DNA of 32,000 nt from a virus. The translations under genes and the position numbers were made by a program. A model generated the notes under the pieces. The model was given only the letters and a program-made list of their open reading frames with translations, searched no databases and was not told where the DNA came from. Of this stretch, positions 1 through 6,651 are shown piece after piece (position 1 is the stretch's first letter; the number at the start of each line of letters is the position of its first letter). The stretch covers positions 288,694-320,693 of the IMG/VR virus record IMGVR_UViG_3300017971_000185; one strand, written 5' to 3'.

Positions 1-89
1 CAGAGGAAGAAAAGGAGGCTCCGGGCTCTCCATCATCCCCGGTGGGAAAGCAGAATCCATGCTCGATCACTGGTGGGAGGACTACGAGG

Positions 90-527
90 ATGGCTGAGCA
101 CTCATTCTTCGTGCTCGCCTGCTTGGATGGCTCCGTCGTGACGTTGCAGCAGGAAGATGGCATGGCATGGCTTCCTGTGATGTCAACACAGGAGGATGCA
201 GAAGGCTTGCTACGGGCGCAAGACACAGAAGGCGTAGAAGTGGCCGAAGTAGCCCCCGAAGTCCTTTTCCACGGCATAGGCAGGCTACTTCCACACATCG
301 ATGTGGTCGGCTTCGTGGGAGACGATCCCGCGGTTATTCCCCTGACCAGAAAAGGCTTACGTGGTGCGTGGGATATGCTCCGAGACTTCTTCGATGACGA
401 CACAGGGCTAAAAGGACGCCTGCTCCAAATCGGAAGCCTGGAGAAGATGGAATCGCAAGATCCCGAGATGTTCCTCAAGGAATCGCTCGGTAAGGTCAGA
501 GAGATGCTCGGGCTACGCGAGAATTGA
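90..527 (+). CDS. hypothetical protein (~145 aa)
   Basis: ORF track 42..527. ATG at 90 (MAEHSFFVLA...) lies about 10 nt after GGAGG (75-79). Composition is acidic and protein-like. No family recognised. Confidence 0.6.
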   Translation: MAEHSFFVLACLDGSVVTLQQEDGMAWLPVMSTQEDAEGLLRAQDTEGVEVAEVAPEVLFHGIGRLLPHIDVVGFVGDDPAVIPLTRKGLRGAWDMLRDFFDDDTGLKGRLLQIGSLEKMESQDPEMFLKESLGKVREMLGLREN

Positions 528-529
528 AC

Positions 530-712
530 ATGACGGAGCGAGAGATGGAGATTCGAGTAGAAAAGCTAGAGGGAGGCATACGGTTCGTTGCCTACATAGA
601 CGGAAGAAGGGGTCCGTCGTTGTTCCTGACCGATGCGTACTACCGGAAGGTAGGGCCGATCGATCCCATGCCAATCCTTGCCCAAGGGGGTAAAAGGAGC
701 CAGAGTGGGTGA
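530..712 (+). CDS. hypothetical small protein (60 aa)
   Basis: ORF track 524..712. ATG at 530 lies 3 nt after the stop of the previous ORF. MTEREMEIRVEKLEGGIRFVAYIDG... is protein-like. Confidence 0.45.
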   Translation: MTEREMEIRVEKLEGGIRFVAYIDGRRGPSLFLTDAYYRKVGPIDPMPILAQGGKRSQSG

Positions 713-878
713 GAACCAAGCAGAACGAGCACTGCGTGCGCTGATTGAAGATCTGGAGCGTCTGGTCAAAAACCTGTCTCCACTGCGTGCTCGTGAAACT
801 ATCGAGTGCGAACCGGCAACAATCGCCGTCGCGGAAATCGAAGCTGCCCTCCGTAAGCTGCCGAAGCGCTATCTGTGA
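705..878 (+). CDS. hypothetical protein ending ...AALRKLPKRYL (57 aa from GTG 705)
   Basis: ORF track 678..878. GTG at 705 lies 6 nt after AAGGAG (693-698) and overlaps the upstream stop. The C-terminal LPKRY resembles the lead-in of sigma-70 region 4. Confidence 0.4.
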   Translation: MGENQAERALRALIEDLERLVKNLSPLRARETIECEPATIAVAEIEAALRKLPKRYL

Positions 879-903
879 GCAGTACACCGAGAGACTACAG
901 GCG

Positions 904-1161
904 ATGATCATGGACCTGGAAGGCATCGATGACATGGCTCAGAACGAGCCCAGCCGCCTACGGAAACTCATGAAGGGTCTCCTGACACTGGAAGCAGAGA
1001 TTGTCGATCTCTGCTTTTTCCAGCGGACCAGCCAGGTCAAAATAGCCGAAAAGCTCGACGTAGGGCTTCCGGTAGTGGGTTATCGCCTTGGGAGAGCCGC
1101 AGCGAAGATACAGGCGATGATGGACGCAGAACAGGACATGACGATCAATGACAAACCTTGA
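904..1161 (+). CDS. sigma-70 region-4-like HTH protein (85 aa from ATG 904)
   Basis: ORF track 745..1161. The N-terminal 53 aa of that ORF look like out-of-frame noise. From MIMDLEGIDD..., the segment LEAEIVDLCFFQRTSQVKIAEKLDVGLPVVGYRLGRAAAKI matches the region-4 HTH pattern. Confidence 0.45.
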   Translation: MIMDLEGIDDMAQNEPSRLRKLMKGLLTLEAEIVDLCFFQRTSQVKIAEKLDVGLPVVGYRLGRAAAKIQAMMDAEQDMTINDKP

Positions 1162-1522
1162 AGAAGTGCTAAAGATCATCAGCACGCACCCGGATGCCCC
1201 CTGCTACTTTCTGGAAGTCGAACCTTTGCCAGATGATGCCGAGGTTTTCGACACGGCCTCGGATTGGTACGAAGCCGTGAAAACCGAAGGGCAAAAGGGC
1301 CGGATGGTGCTGTCCATGGACCACCCGTCAACAAGGATGTTGGGCTTCTCGACGTATGATCCGGCAAACGAGGAAGACACGGCCAGATATCTGGTGGTGG
1401 CGCTCTTTCGGTTCAAAGAAGAAGCCCCCGACTCAATCAGGGAGTACTTCAAGACTCCGCAGAAACGACACGGGCTGGCAGAAATGCTTGCGAAGGGAAT
1501 AGCACCGGATTGGAACGCTTGA
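1148..1522 (+). CDS. hypothetical protein (124 aa)
   Basis: ORF track 1148..1522. The start overlaps the upstream gene's end by 14 nt. Composition is protein-like. Confidence 0.6.
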   Translation: MTNLEEVLKIISTHPDAPCYFLEVEPLPDDAEVFDTASDWYEAVKTEGQKGRMVLSMDHPSTRMLGFSTYDPANEEDTARYLVVALFRFKEEAPDSIREYFKTPQKRHGLAEMLAKGIAPDWNA

Positions 1523-1526
1523 GCGA

Positions 1527-1820
1527 CTACCGCCGGTAGTGCTCGCGAATCCCCGTTCGGATGGCCTTCTTCGTGGCCGCGTTCCACCTGTAAGAACGTG
1601 CATCCGCGTCGAGATTCATCAACGCATCACGCTCGCGCACCCCCTCCAACGTGCCCAGGAAATTCTCCACCGCAACAGCCTTGACCCCAGGCTGACGTGC
1701 AAGAGCCTGGATACGAGCGTCCGATAGACCCGCCTGACGGAGCAACGGAAGAACAGCATCCCGAATCTTGCCAGGGTTGGCATGAGCGAGACGGATGAGA
1801 CGTTTGCGAAGGTCAGACAT
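1527..1820 (-). CDS. LRK-NPG-LLPLL N-terminal-module family protein (97 aa)
   Basis: ATG at 1820. The N-terminus MSDLRKRLIRLAHANPGKIRDAVLPLL matches four other ORFs in the window. Confidence 0.7.
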   Translation of the reverse strand: MSDLRKRLIRLAHANPGKIRDAVLPLLRQAGLSDARIQALARQPGVKAVAVENFLGTLEGVRERDALMNLDADARSYRWNAATKKAIRTGIREHYRR

Positions 1821-1965
1821 CCTACTCGGACCAACCCTATAGCGTGAATACCGCCAAATGGGGTAAAACGTACCAGAGGATGAGCCGTGGTACTATGAGA
1901 CGACCGTACACGCTGGAGAATTGTCTTCAGACGAGCAAGAGATTGGTGCTCTGCGTGGGGGGAAG

Positions 1966-2154
1966 ATGAAACACTGCCTCTACTGTAAAAGCGAGATGAA
2001 TACGTCAGATGCGGCCTATGCGGAAAACCCGTTCTGCGTGAAATGCCTGCCCGAGAGGATGAAGAAGGCGGCTGAGGAAAGAGGACCAGGAAAATGGGTG
2101 ACCGAAGGAAACTACGTCGTGTGGAAGGAGCAAGATGAGCGAAAAAGCACGTGA
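1966..2154 (+). CDS. small zinc-ribbon protein (62 aa)
   Basis: ORF track 1921..2154 (TTG start); ATG at 1966 is more plausible. Motifs CLYC ... CVKC. Confidence 0.5.
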   Translation: MKHCLYCKSEMNTSDAAYAENPFCVKCLPERMKKAAEERGPGKWVTEGNYVVWKEQDERKST

Positions 2155-2476
2155 GTGGCTCTGTCCCAAATGCCACGGAAATCGCTGCCCCGCTTGCTTT
2201 CAAACCGGTAAGCGACTCTACGAGATCGGCGAGCAGGTCGTCTGGGACAACCAAGAGGGCAGCCTGGCACCGTGGAACGTGCGGGAGGAGGACTACCGCA
2301 CGTACGTCGGAAAGACCTACCGTGTGAACGCCCTCATGGCCCACCCCGGCGACACCGAAGATCGCTACTATGTCGGCATCGACGTGGCTATGGAAACCAT
2401 TCATGGCGGCACAGCCTCGATGCTCGTGTTCGACACAAACCTGCGCCGCCTAAGGAACAATGGACATCATCCTTGA
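2135..2476 (+). CDS. zinc-ribbon-containing hypothetical protein (113 aa)
   Basis: ORF track. CPKC..CPAC near the N-terminus. Overlaps the upstream ORF by 20 nt. Confidence 0.6.
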   Translation: MSEKAREWLCPKCHGNRCPACFQTGKRLYEIGEQVVWDNQEGSLAPWNVREEDYRTYVGKTYRVNALMAHPGDTEDRYYVGIDVAMETIHGGTASMLVFDTNLRRLRNNGHHP

Positions 2477-2807
2477 ACAAGCCAAGAAGGCCCACTGCGG
2501 AGGACTCCATGGATGGCTCAGGCGCTTCTGGCGCATCCTGACCCAAGGAAGATGGCAACCCCCTCCAGTCGTCCGAGGATGCGGCGTGTGCTGTCCAACC
2601 TGTGGGTACACCTTCGTGGCCAGCTTCAGAGGAAAACGCGACAAGGTGCTCTGTGAGCGCTGCTGGACATGGGTGGGAAGACCCAGCATCGGGATGGAGT
2701 GGGAAGGCAACGACGATGCCCAGAGGTACAGCTTGAGGGGATCGTCCTCATACGTTTTCCGGGCTTGGTCGAAGTCCAGGGTCCCGTCGATCTTTTCATC
2801 CTTGTAA
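2460..2807 (+). CDS. Cys-rich zinc-ribbon protein, 3' extent uncertain
   Basis: ATG at 2460 overlaps the upstream stop. CPTC...CERC. The last ~35 aa (SSSYVFRAWSKSRVPSIFSSL) look like antisense shadow of a minus-strand ORF. Confidence 0.45.
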   Translation: MDIILEQAKKAHCGGLHGWLRRFWRILTQGRWQPPPVVRGCGVCCPTCGYTFVASFRGKRDKVLCERCWTWVGRPSIGMEWEGNDDAQRYSLRGSSSYVFRAWSKSRVPSIFSSL

Positions 2808-2997
2808 GCCTGTAGAGTTTCATCAGCTTTCGGCAAGAGCCAGGTTCGTACACGCCCTCAATCAGTACGACGGGAAAACCCCTCCCGAGACCCTTGTCCA
2901 AGCGCTCAAAGTGATCCTGCGCATAACTCGCATGTTCGAGAAGCACCTCCTCGATAGGGAAGTCCCCTACCTGGCCGGCAACAAGTTCCGAGAACAC
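2626..2997 (-). CDS. hypothetical protein, possibly frameshifted
   Basis: The first ~55 aa (MFSELVAGQVGDFPIEEVLLEHASYAQDHFERLDKGLGRGFPVVLIEGVYEPGS) are protein-like and the rest is R/S/P-rich. A protein-like continuation (PKADETLQAYKDEKIDGTLDFDQARKTYEDDPLKLYL) lies in another minus frame from 2836. Conflicts with 2911..3105(+). Confidence 0.3.
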   Translation of the reverse strand: MFSELVAGQVGDFPIEEVLLEHASYAQDHFERLDKGLGRGFPVVLIEGVYEPGSCRKLMKLYRLTRMKRSTGPWTSTKPGKRMRTIPSSCTSGHRRCLPTPSRCWVFPPMSSSAHRAPCRVFL

Positions 2998-3105
2998 GCG
3001 AAGGAGCTTGAAGAAATGGTGGGGCTCTTCGAAAGTATCCCCTCCGAGGACCTTCGCCGTGAGTTGATGCTGGCAGGTGTAGGCGTGGAAGACCTAGGCG
3101 ATTGA
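2911..3105 (+). CDS. hypothetical small protein (alternative to the minus ORF)
   Basis: ORF track (GTG start). The C-terminal half AKELEEMVGLFESIPSEDLRRELMLAGVGVEDLGD is protein-like. An internal ATG at 3016 lies 9 nt after AAGGAG. Mutually exclusive with the 5' end of 2626..2997(-). Confidence 0.3.
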   Translation: MILRITRMFEKHLLDREVPYLAGNKFREHAKELEEMVGLFESIPSEDLRRELMLAGVGVEDLGD

Positions 3106-3133
3106 TACGGAACCAATAGCCTCTAGATGGGGA

Positions 3134-3673
3134 TCACGTACGCGGCTCGCTGAGAAGGCAAGCGTTGAACAAGGTGTGTGGCCCGGAGTGTTGTGGGTGA
3201 TACCAGGCGCCGTGTGTCCAGCCAGGGCCAGACCTGAAGCCGGCGGTCGGTTTGGCAACCCAACAACGCCGAAGAAGGGCGTCCGAAGCGTCCTTGACCA
3301 CCAGGGGCGGAAGCTCATCGGTGAAAGACGGCAGGATCTCTTGGGCAACGTCGAGCAGCATGATGATGGCCTTGTCGCCTCCAACAAGCGCTCTCTTCTG
3401 CCTGTGCTCCCAGATGTAGAGCCCGGTAACAAGCAGCGAACCCGACAACAGCACATGCCATCCGAAGAAGTCTGGAGGAGTGTCCCTCATCGATACCACC
3501 ACAACACCCACCATGAAGGCCAGTACCCCCAGATTGATCAGGAAATCATCGAGGGTCTTCGCCTTGAAAAGTACGCCGACGATCCTCGATAGCGTCCAAA
3601 ATGCCGCCATAGCGGCTAGTAGGACCACAACAACCAGAATCAGCATGGCAACCATCACCTGAAAAAATAGCAT
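3134..3673 (-). CDS. integral membrane protein (179 aa, about 3 TM segments)
   Basis: Hydrophobic stretches VMVAMLILVVVVLLAAMAAFW, LINLGVLAFMVGVVVV and VLLSGSLLVTGLYIW. Confidence 0.75.
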   Translation of the reverse strand: MLFFQVMVAMLILVVVVLLAAMAAFWTLSRIVGVLFKAKTLDDFLINLGVLAFMVGVVVVSMRDTPPDFFGWHVLLSGSLLVTGLYIWEHRQKRALVGGDKAIIMLLDVAQEILPSFTDELPPLVVKDASDALLRRCWVAKPTAGFRSGPGWTHGAWYHPQHSGPHTLFNACLLSEPRT

Positions 3674-3711
3674 GCATCAAGGGAAAGCCGCAAGAGTGGT
3701 AGTGTGGAGGC

Positions 3712-3996
3712 ATGGCAATCGATTGGGGTTCCAAGAACACAGCCATCAGGGCCGAGGGCATGCTGACCGTGATGGGTCCACAAGTGCGCGTGACCATCGG
3801 CGGAGAGGATCTAGGTATAAGCCCAGAAAAGGCCGCCGATTTTGGGGCGTACATGGTCAAGGTTGCGGCTGAGACGATAGCTGCGGCGTCAGAAGCAGAT
3901 GTTGAGGCAGGCGGGGACTACACAGCCTCGCTCGAAGAGCCCGTGACGCTGGAGTGGCGGGCCGTGAAGGATGAAAACGGAACCGAGGTCGTCTAG
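3712..3996 (+). CDS. hypothetical protein (94 aa)
   Basis: ORF track. Divergent from 3134..3673 across a 38-bp gap. Acidic, protein-like. Confidence 0.65.
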   Translation: MAIDWGSKNTAIRAEGMLTVMGPQVRVTIGGEDLGISPEKAADFGAYMVKVAAETIAAASEADVEAGGDYTASLEEPVTLEWRAVKDENGTEVV

Positions 3997-4025
3997 TCCA
4001 CGTCGTAGTCCGTCCATGACCCCGC

Positions 4026-4412
4026 ATGAGCATGACCACGTGGTCCCAACTCAGCGAGCCGGAAAAGACCAAGCTGCTGCTGAAACACCCCGCCAAGGAG
4101 ATAGCTGAGGCGCTCGAAAATAGCCTCCAGAAGCGATGGGACAACGAAAGCGGGCTCTACCACACAGAGGAATGCAGAAGGAACGGAGTGCTCAAGCTCG
4201 TCCGTCAAGCCCTAGAACCCCTCCTGCCCGATCACGAAGAGAAAGCACGGGAAGTGTATGCGCAAATCCCGTGGCCCGTAGCTCCCAAGGCATTCAGACC
4301 CGTCCCAACGTTCGAAGGCTGCATGGGGCTCGCTTGTGCGACCTGTGGCGGAACAGGCGTCTGGGGCTTCATCTCAGGTCAACGCTGTCCCGACTGTGAA
4401 GGAGGCGGGTAG
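4026..4412 (+). CDS. protein with two DnaJ-type CxxCxGxG zinc-finger motifs (128 aa)
   Basis: The C-terminus holds CATCGGTG and CPDCEGGG, which match the CxxCxGxG repeat of the DnaJ cysteine-rich domain. Confidence 0.7.
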   Translation: MSMTTWSQLSEPEKTKLLLKHPAKEIAEALENSLQKRWDNESGLYHTEECRRNGVLKLVRQALEPLLPDHEEKAREVYAQIPWPVAPKAFRPVPTFEGCMGLACATCGGTGVWGFISGQRCPDCEGGG

Positions 4413-4466
4413 GAAAGAGCTAGAGATCTCCAAGAGGCCCCCCAGGGGAATGAGATCGAGATCCCA

Positions 4467-4559
4467 GGGGAAGGAGACAGGAAAGGGAAGGAGGAGAAGG
4501 AGGAGGAGGGGAAGCACCGGAAGAAGCCCAAGCACAAGCAGAAGAGAAGGGGCAACAAG
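4467..4559. repeat. polypurine (GGA/AGG-rich) tract on the plus strand
   Basis: 4479-4514 is 36 nt of uninterrupted purines (aggaaagggaaggaggagaaggaggaggaggggaag). The flanks remain strongly purine-biased. Confidence 0.85.
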
Positions 4560-4698
4560 TGCCAACCTCCCAGACGGCAAGAAGGAGCCTCTACAGAGGG
4601 GCCCGATCACATACACGACTGGGTATCCGCAGCAGTGGAGAGCTATAGCTCGTAGAGTTTTCGGACGGGGCAGATCTGCCTCGTAAATTCCTTCGGGG

Positions 4699-5618
4699 TG
4701 AGTTTCAAGTGCCGCCAGAGCACTTGAGTTTTGAGTTTGGTCCCTGAAACTCGAAACTCAGGGTGCGTAGACGAGTTTGGTTCTCCGTTGGACCCGAATT
4801 TTCTGCCGTTGGGAGAAACAAGTTGGGTCTTGCATCGAGTTTTCGAGTGGTGCTAAAGTCCGCACCGCAAAACAGCCTGCATCTACAGTCAACACGACGC
4901 AGAGCACGCATAGATGGCATTCGGGGATCAGGGCGTGAAGCACGCACAGCTCCTCCCAAAATCGAACCGGCGAGGAGAATGCATCGACCTGCGTGCGAGC
5001 AGACAAACGCACTGCCCACATTCGCAGACAAGTTATGTCAAAACTCGACTGAACATTTGCAATTGTCGGAAAAGTTAATCATCAAACACCGATAAAACTC
5101 GACAAAATGCAAACACAAACGCGCGATGATACATTCAAACCAGACTTCGGATTCACGAAAGCTACTTCCAAACTTGTAGAGCGAGTTTGGACGCGACAAG
5201 AGCACGGGCAAATTCCGGTTTCGGTCTGGGAAACAGAAACTCGCGGCCTCGTTTACGAATTAGAGCGTGAAGAAGGCAGCGAATTTTATCGCTCAGCCCG
5301 AAGATTGCTCAAGGCGATCACGGGAAGTCGCCGTCACGACTCGTTCGGCGCGTACTTTCGGGCTGACAACGCGAAAGTTACGGACGAAAAACTTTCCGTC
5401 GCGAAAGTTTTGGATGAAACTCAGCGCAAAGTCATCGTCCCGCGCGTGAAAGGTGAGCTTCGCGAGACCAAATCCGTCATCGACACGAGTGAAACTCGAC
5501 AAATCGAGTCAAAAGTCGAGTTTGGTTTCGACGCGGACGAGTTTCACACGACTTCGGACGGTCTGAAACTCACGGACGGGGCAGATGAGCAACTTGTTCG
5601 GCAGCTTGTCGCGAGTTT
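4699..5618. repeat. dense array of 17 GAGTTT/AAACTC hexamers (consensus about CGAGTTT / AAACTCG)
   Basis: Direct count. GAGTTT starts at 4700, 4726, 4733, 4773, 4837, 5183, 5518, 5539, 5613. AAACTC starts at 4747, 4754, 5041, 5095, 5237, 5417, 5492, 5566. Confidence 0.85.
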
Positions 5619-6234
5619 CGACGGACTTTACGAAGAAATTGCAAGGCCCGAGCTAGGAATTGACCTGGCACAGCGCGGACATGAGGTACGCAAGCTGTTG
5701 TTCAAGGGCTTCCGTGGGCTGATGTTCTCGCGGGGCTACGACCCGGAGGATGTCTTGCAAGAGATCTACCGGGGCTTGCTCACTCGCAACAAGGGCAAGT
5801 GTCCGTGGGACGGGCGCAAGAGCACGTTCGGGTTCTACGTGACGATGGTGTGCCGCTGCGTGCTGACCAACTACCATCGCAAGCAGAGCCGGCGACTGGA
5901 CCGGCAAGCGGTCGAGCTAGATGAGGCGATGCTGGATGGTCAGGTCATGGACCCGAGCGATTCGAGCGATTCGAGCGACCGGCTGGCGCAGGAATCGCTG
6001 GAGAAGTGGTTATCCGACCCCGAGCGTGGTGGAGACACGCCGGATGGGAAGCTCGCGGTGGAGATCTTGCCCTTGGTGGGAGCGGGGTATCAGCGTCGGG
6101 AGATCATCGAGGTGACGGGCAAGCGGGAGACTTTGGTGAGTCGGGCCTTGGCTCACTTGAGGAAGTGGTCGAAGGAGTGGGCTTCTGAGATGGGCATGAC
6201 GATTCGCGAGAGGCGGCGTCAGCCGGTTCACTAA
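5107..6234 (+). CDS. sigma-70 family (ECF-like) RNA polymerase sigma factor with ~190-aa N-terminal extension
   Basis: Region-2-like segment DPEDVLQEIYRGLL...STFGFYVTMVCRCVLTNYHRKQSRR. Region-4-like HTH YQRREIIEVTGKRETLVSRALAHLRKW. No SD before ATG 5107. Confidence 0.75.
   Translation: MQTQTRDDTFKPDFGFTKATSKLVERVWTRQEHGQIPVSVWETETRGLVYELEREEGSEFYRSARRLLKAITGSRRHDSFGAYFRADNAKVTDEKLSVAKVLDETQRKVIVPRVKGELRETKSVIDTSETRQIESKVEFGFDADEFHTTSDGLKLTDGADEQLVRQLVASFDGLYEEIARPELGIDLAQRGHEVRKLLFKGFRGLMFSRGYDPEDVLQEIYRGLLTRNKGKCPWDGRKSTFGFYVTMVCRCVLTNYHRKQSRRLDRQAVELDEAMLDGQVMDPSDSSDSSDRLAQESLEKWLSDPERGGDTPDGKLAVEILPLVGAGYQRREIIEVTGKRETLVSRALAHLRKWSKEWASEMGMTIRERRRQPVH
5954..5980. repeat. 3 x 9-bp in-frame tandem repeat (CGAGCGATT, CGAGCGATT, CGAGCGACC)
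   Basis: Seen directly. Encodes SDSSDSSD in the linker between sigma regions 2 and 4. Confidence 0.9.
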
Positions 6235-6355
6235 TCTCGCGAAGTCTGGTTGGGTTTTTTGTCCCAGCCCTGTGCCTTCATTTCGTCTTTCACTCGTTCC
6301 TGAGGCGTACGACGACATCAATGAACCCCACTTCTACGGCCCACAGGAGGGCGTC

Positions 6356-6592
6356 ATGGCGTTGTCGCACGGCAAGACCGAATTTACGCACGGATGTGAC
6401 CGCGTAATGCTGTGTGGCCAAGCAGGAGCTTGCAAACCCTACCTGTATCCCCCAGGGGATACCCAGGAGGTAAGGTGTGTCCTGGAGACCCTCGATGTTG
6501 CCCAGTATCCTGGGACGGTCAATCACTACCGACTGCTCAAACCTGAAGGCTGGGAAAAAGCAGTCTCCGCTCAGGAACGATCGTCATCGTGA
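6356..6592 (+). CDS. hypothetical protein (78 aa from ATG 6356)
   Basis: ORF track 6272..6592 (GTG). ATG at 6356 follows AGGAGGG (6345-6351). The stop lies inside the 74-bp repeat. Confidence 0.5.
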   Translation: MALSHGKTEFTHGCDRVMLCGQAGACKPYLYPPGDTQEVRCVLETLDVAQYPGTVNHYRLLKPEGWEKAVSAQERSSS

Positions 6593-6651
6593 TCGTTGCG
6601 ATCTGAGCGTTCGTGATGTTCCGTTAGTTTCGATGCAACCATCTATACGCA
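6578..6651. repeat. 74-bp perfect direct repeat, copy 1
   Basis: cgatcgtcatcgtgatcgttgcgatctgagcgttcgtgatgttccgttagtttcgatgcaaccatctatacgca is identical to 10279-10352. Confidence 0.95.

Noticed and set aside
1619-2404. 261-aa minus-strand ORF
   Set aside because: It is R/S/P/H-rich, as expected for antisense shadow in GC-rich DNA. It overlaps three better plus-strand ORFs and, in another frame, the real minus gene 1527..1820.
4336-4686. 116-aa Arg-rich ORF across the polypurine tract
   Set aside because: It is written largely in AGA/AGG codons that neighbouring genes avoid, and the RRRRRRR run is a by-product of (AGG)n. I kept it as a repeat feature, not a CDS. Translation is not excluded.
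5057-5066. TTGCAATTGT motif as a shared promoter element (also 10367-10376; reverse TGCAATTGT at 30266-30274)
   Set aside because: There are only three occurrences and one lies inside the M23 coding sequence. The evidence is too thin, so it is mentioned only as context.
6235-6262. Terminator after the sigma gene (GTTGGG-ttttttgt-CCCAGC)
   Set aside because: The T-run is in the loop rather than after the stem, and the stem is only 6 bp with a G-U pair. It is not convincing as a Rho-independent terminator.
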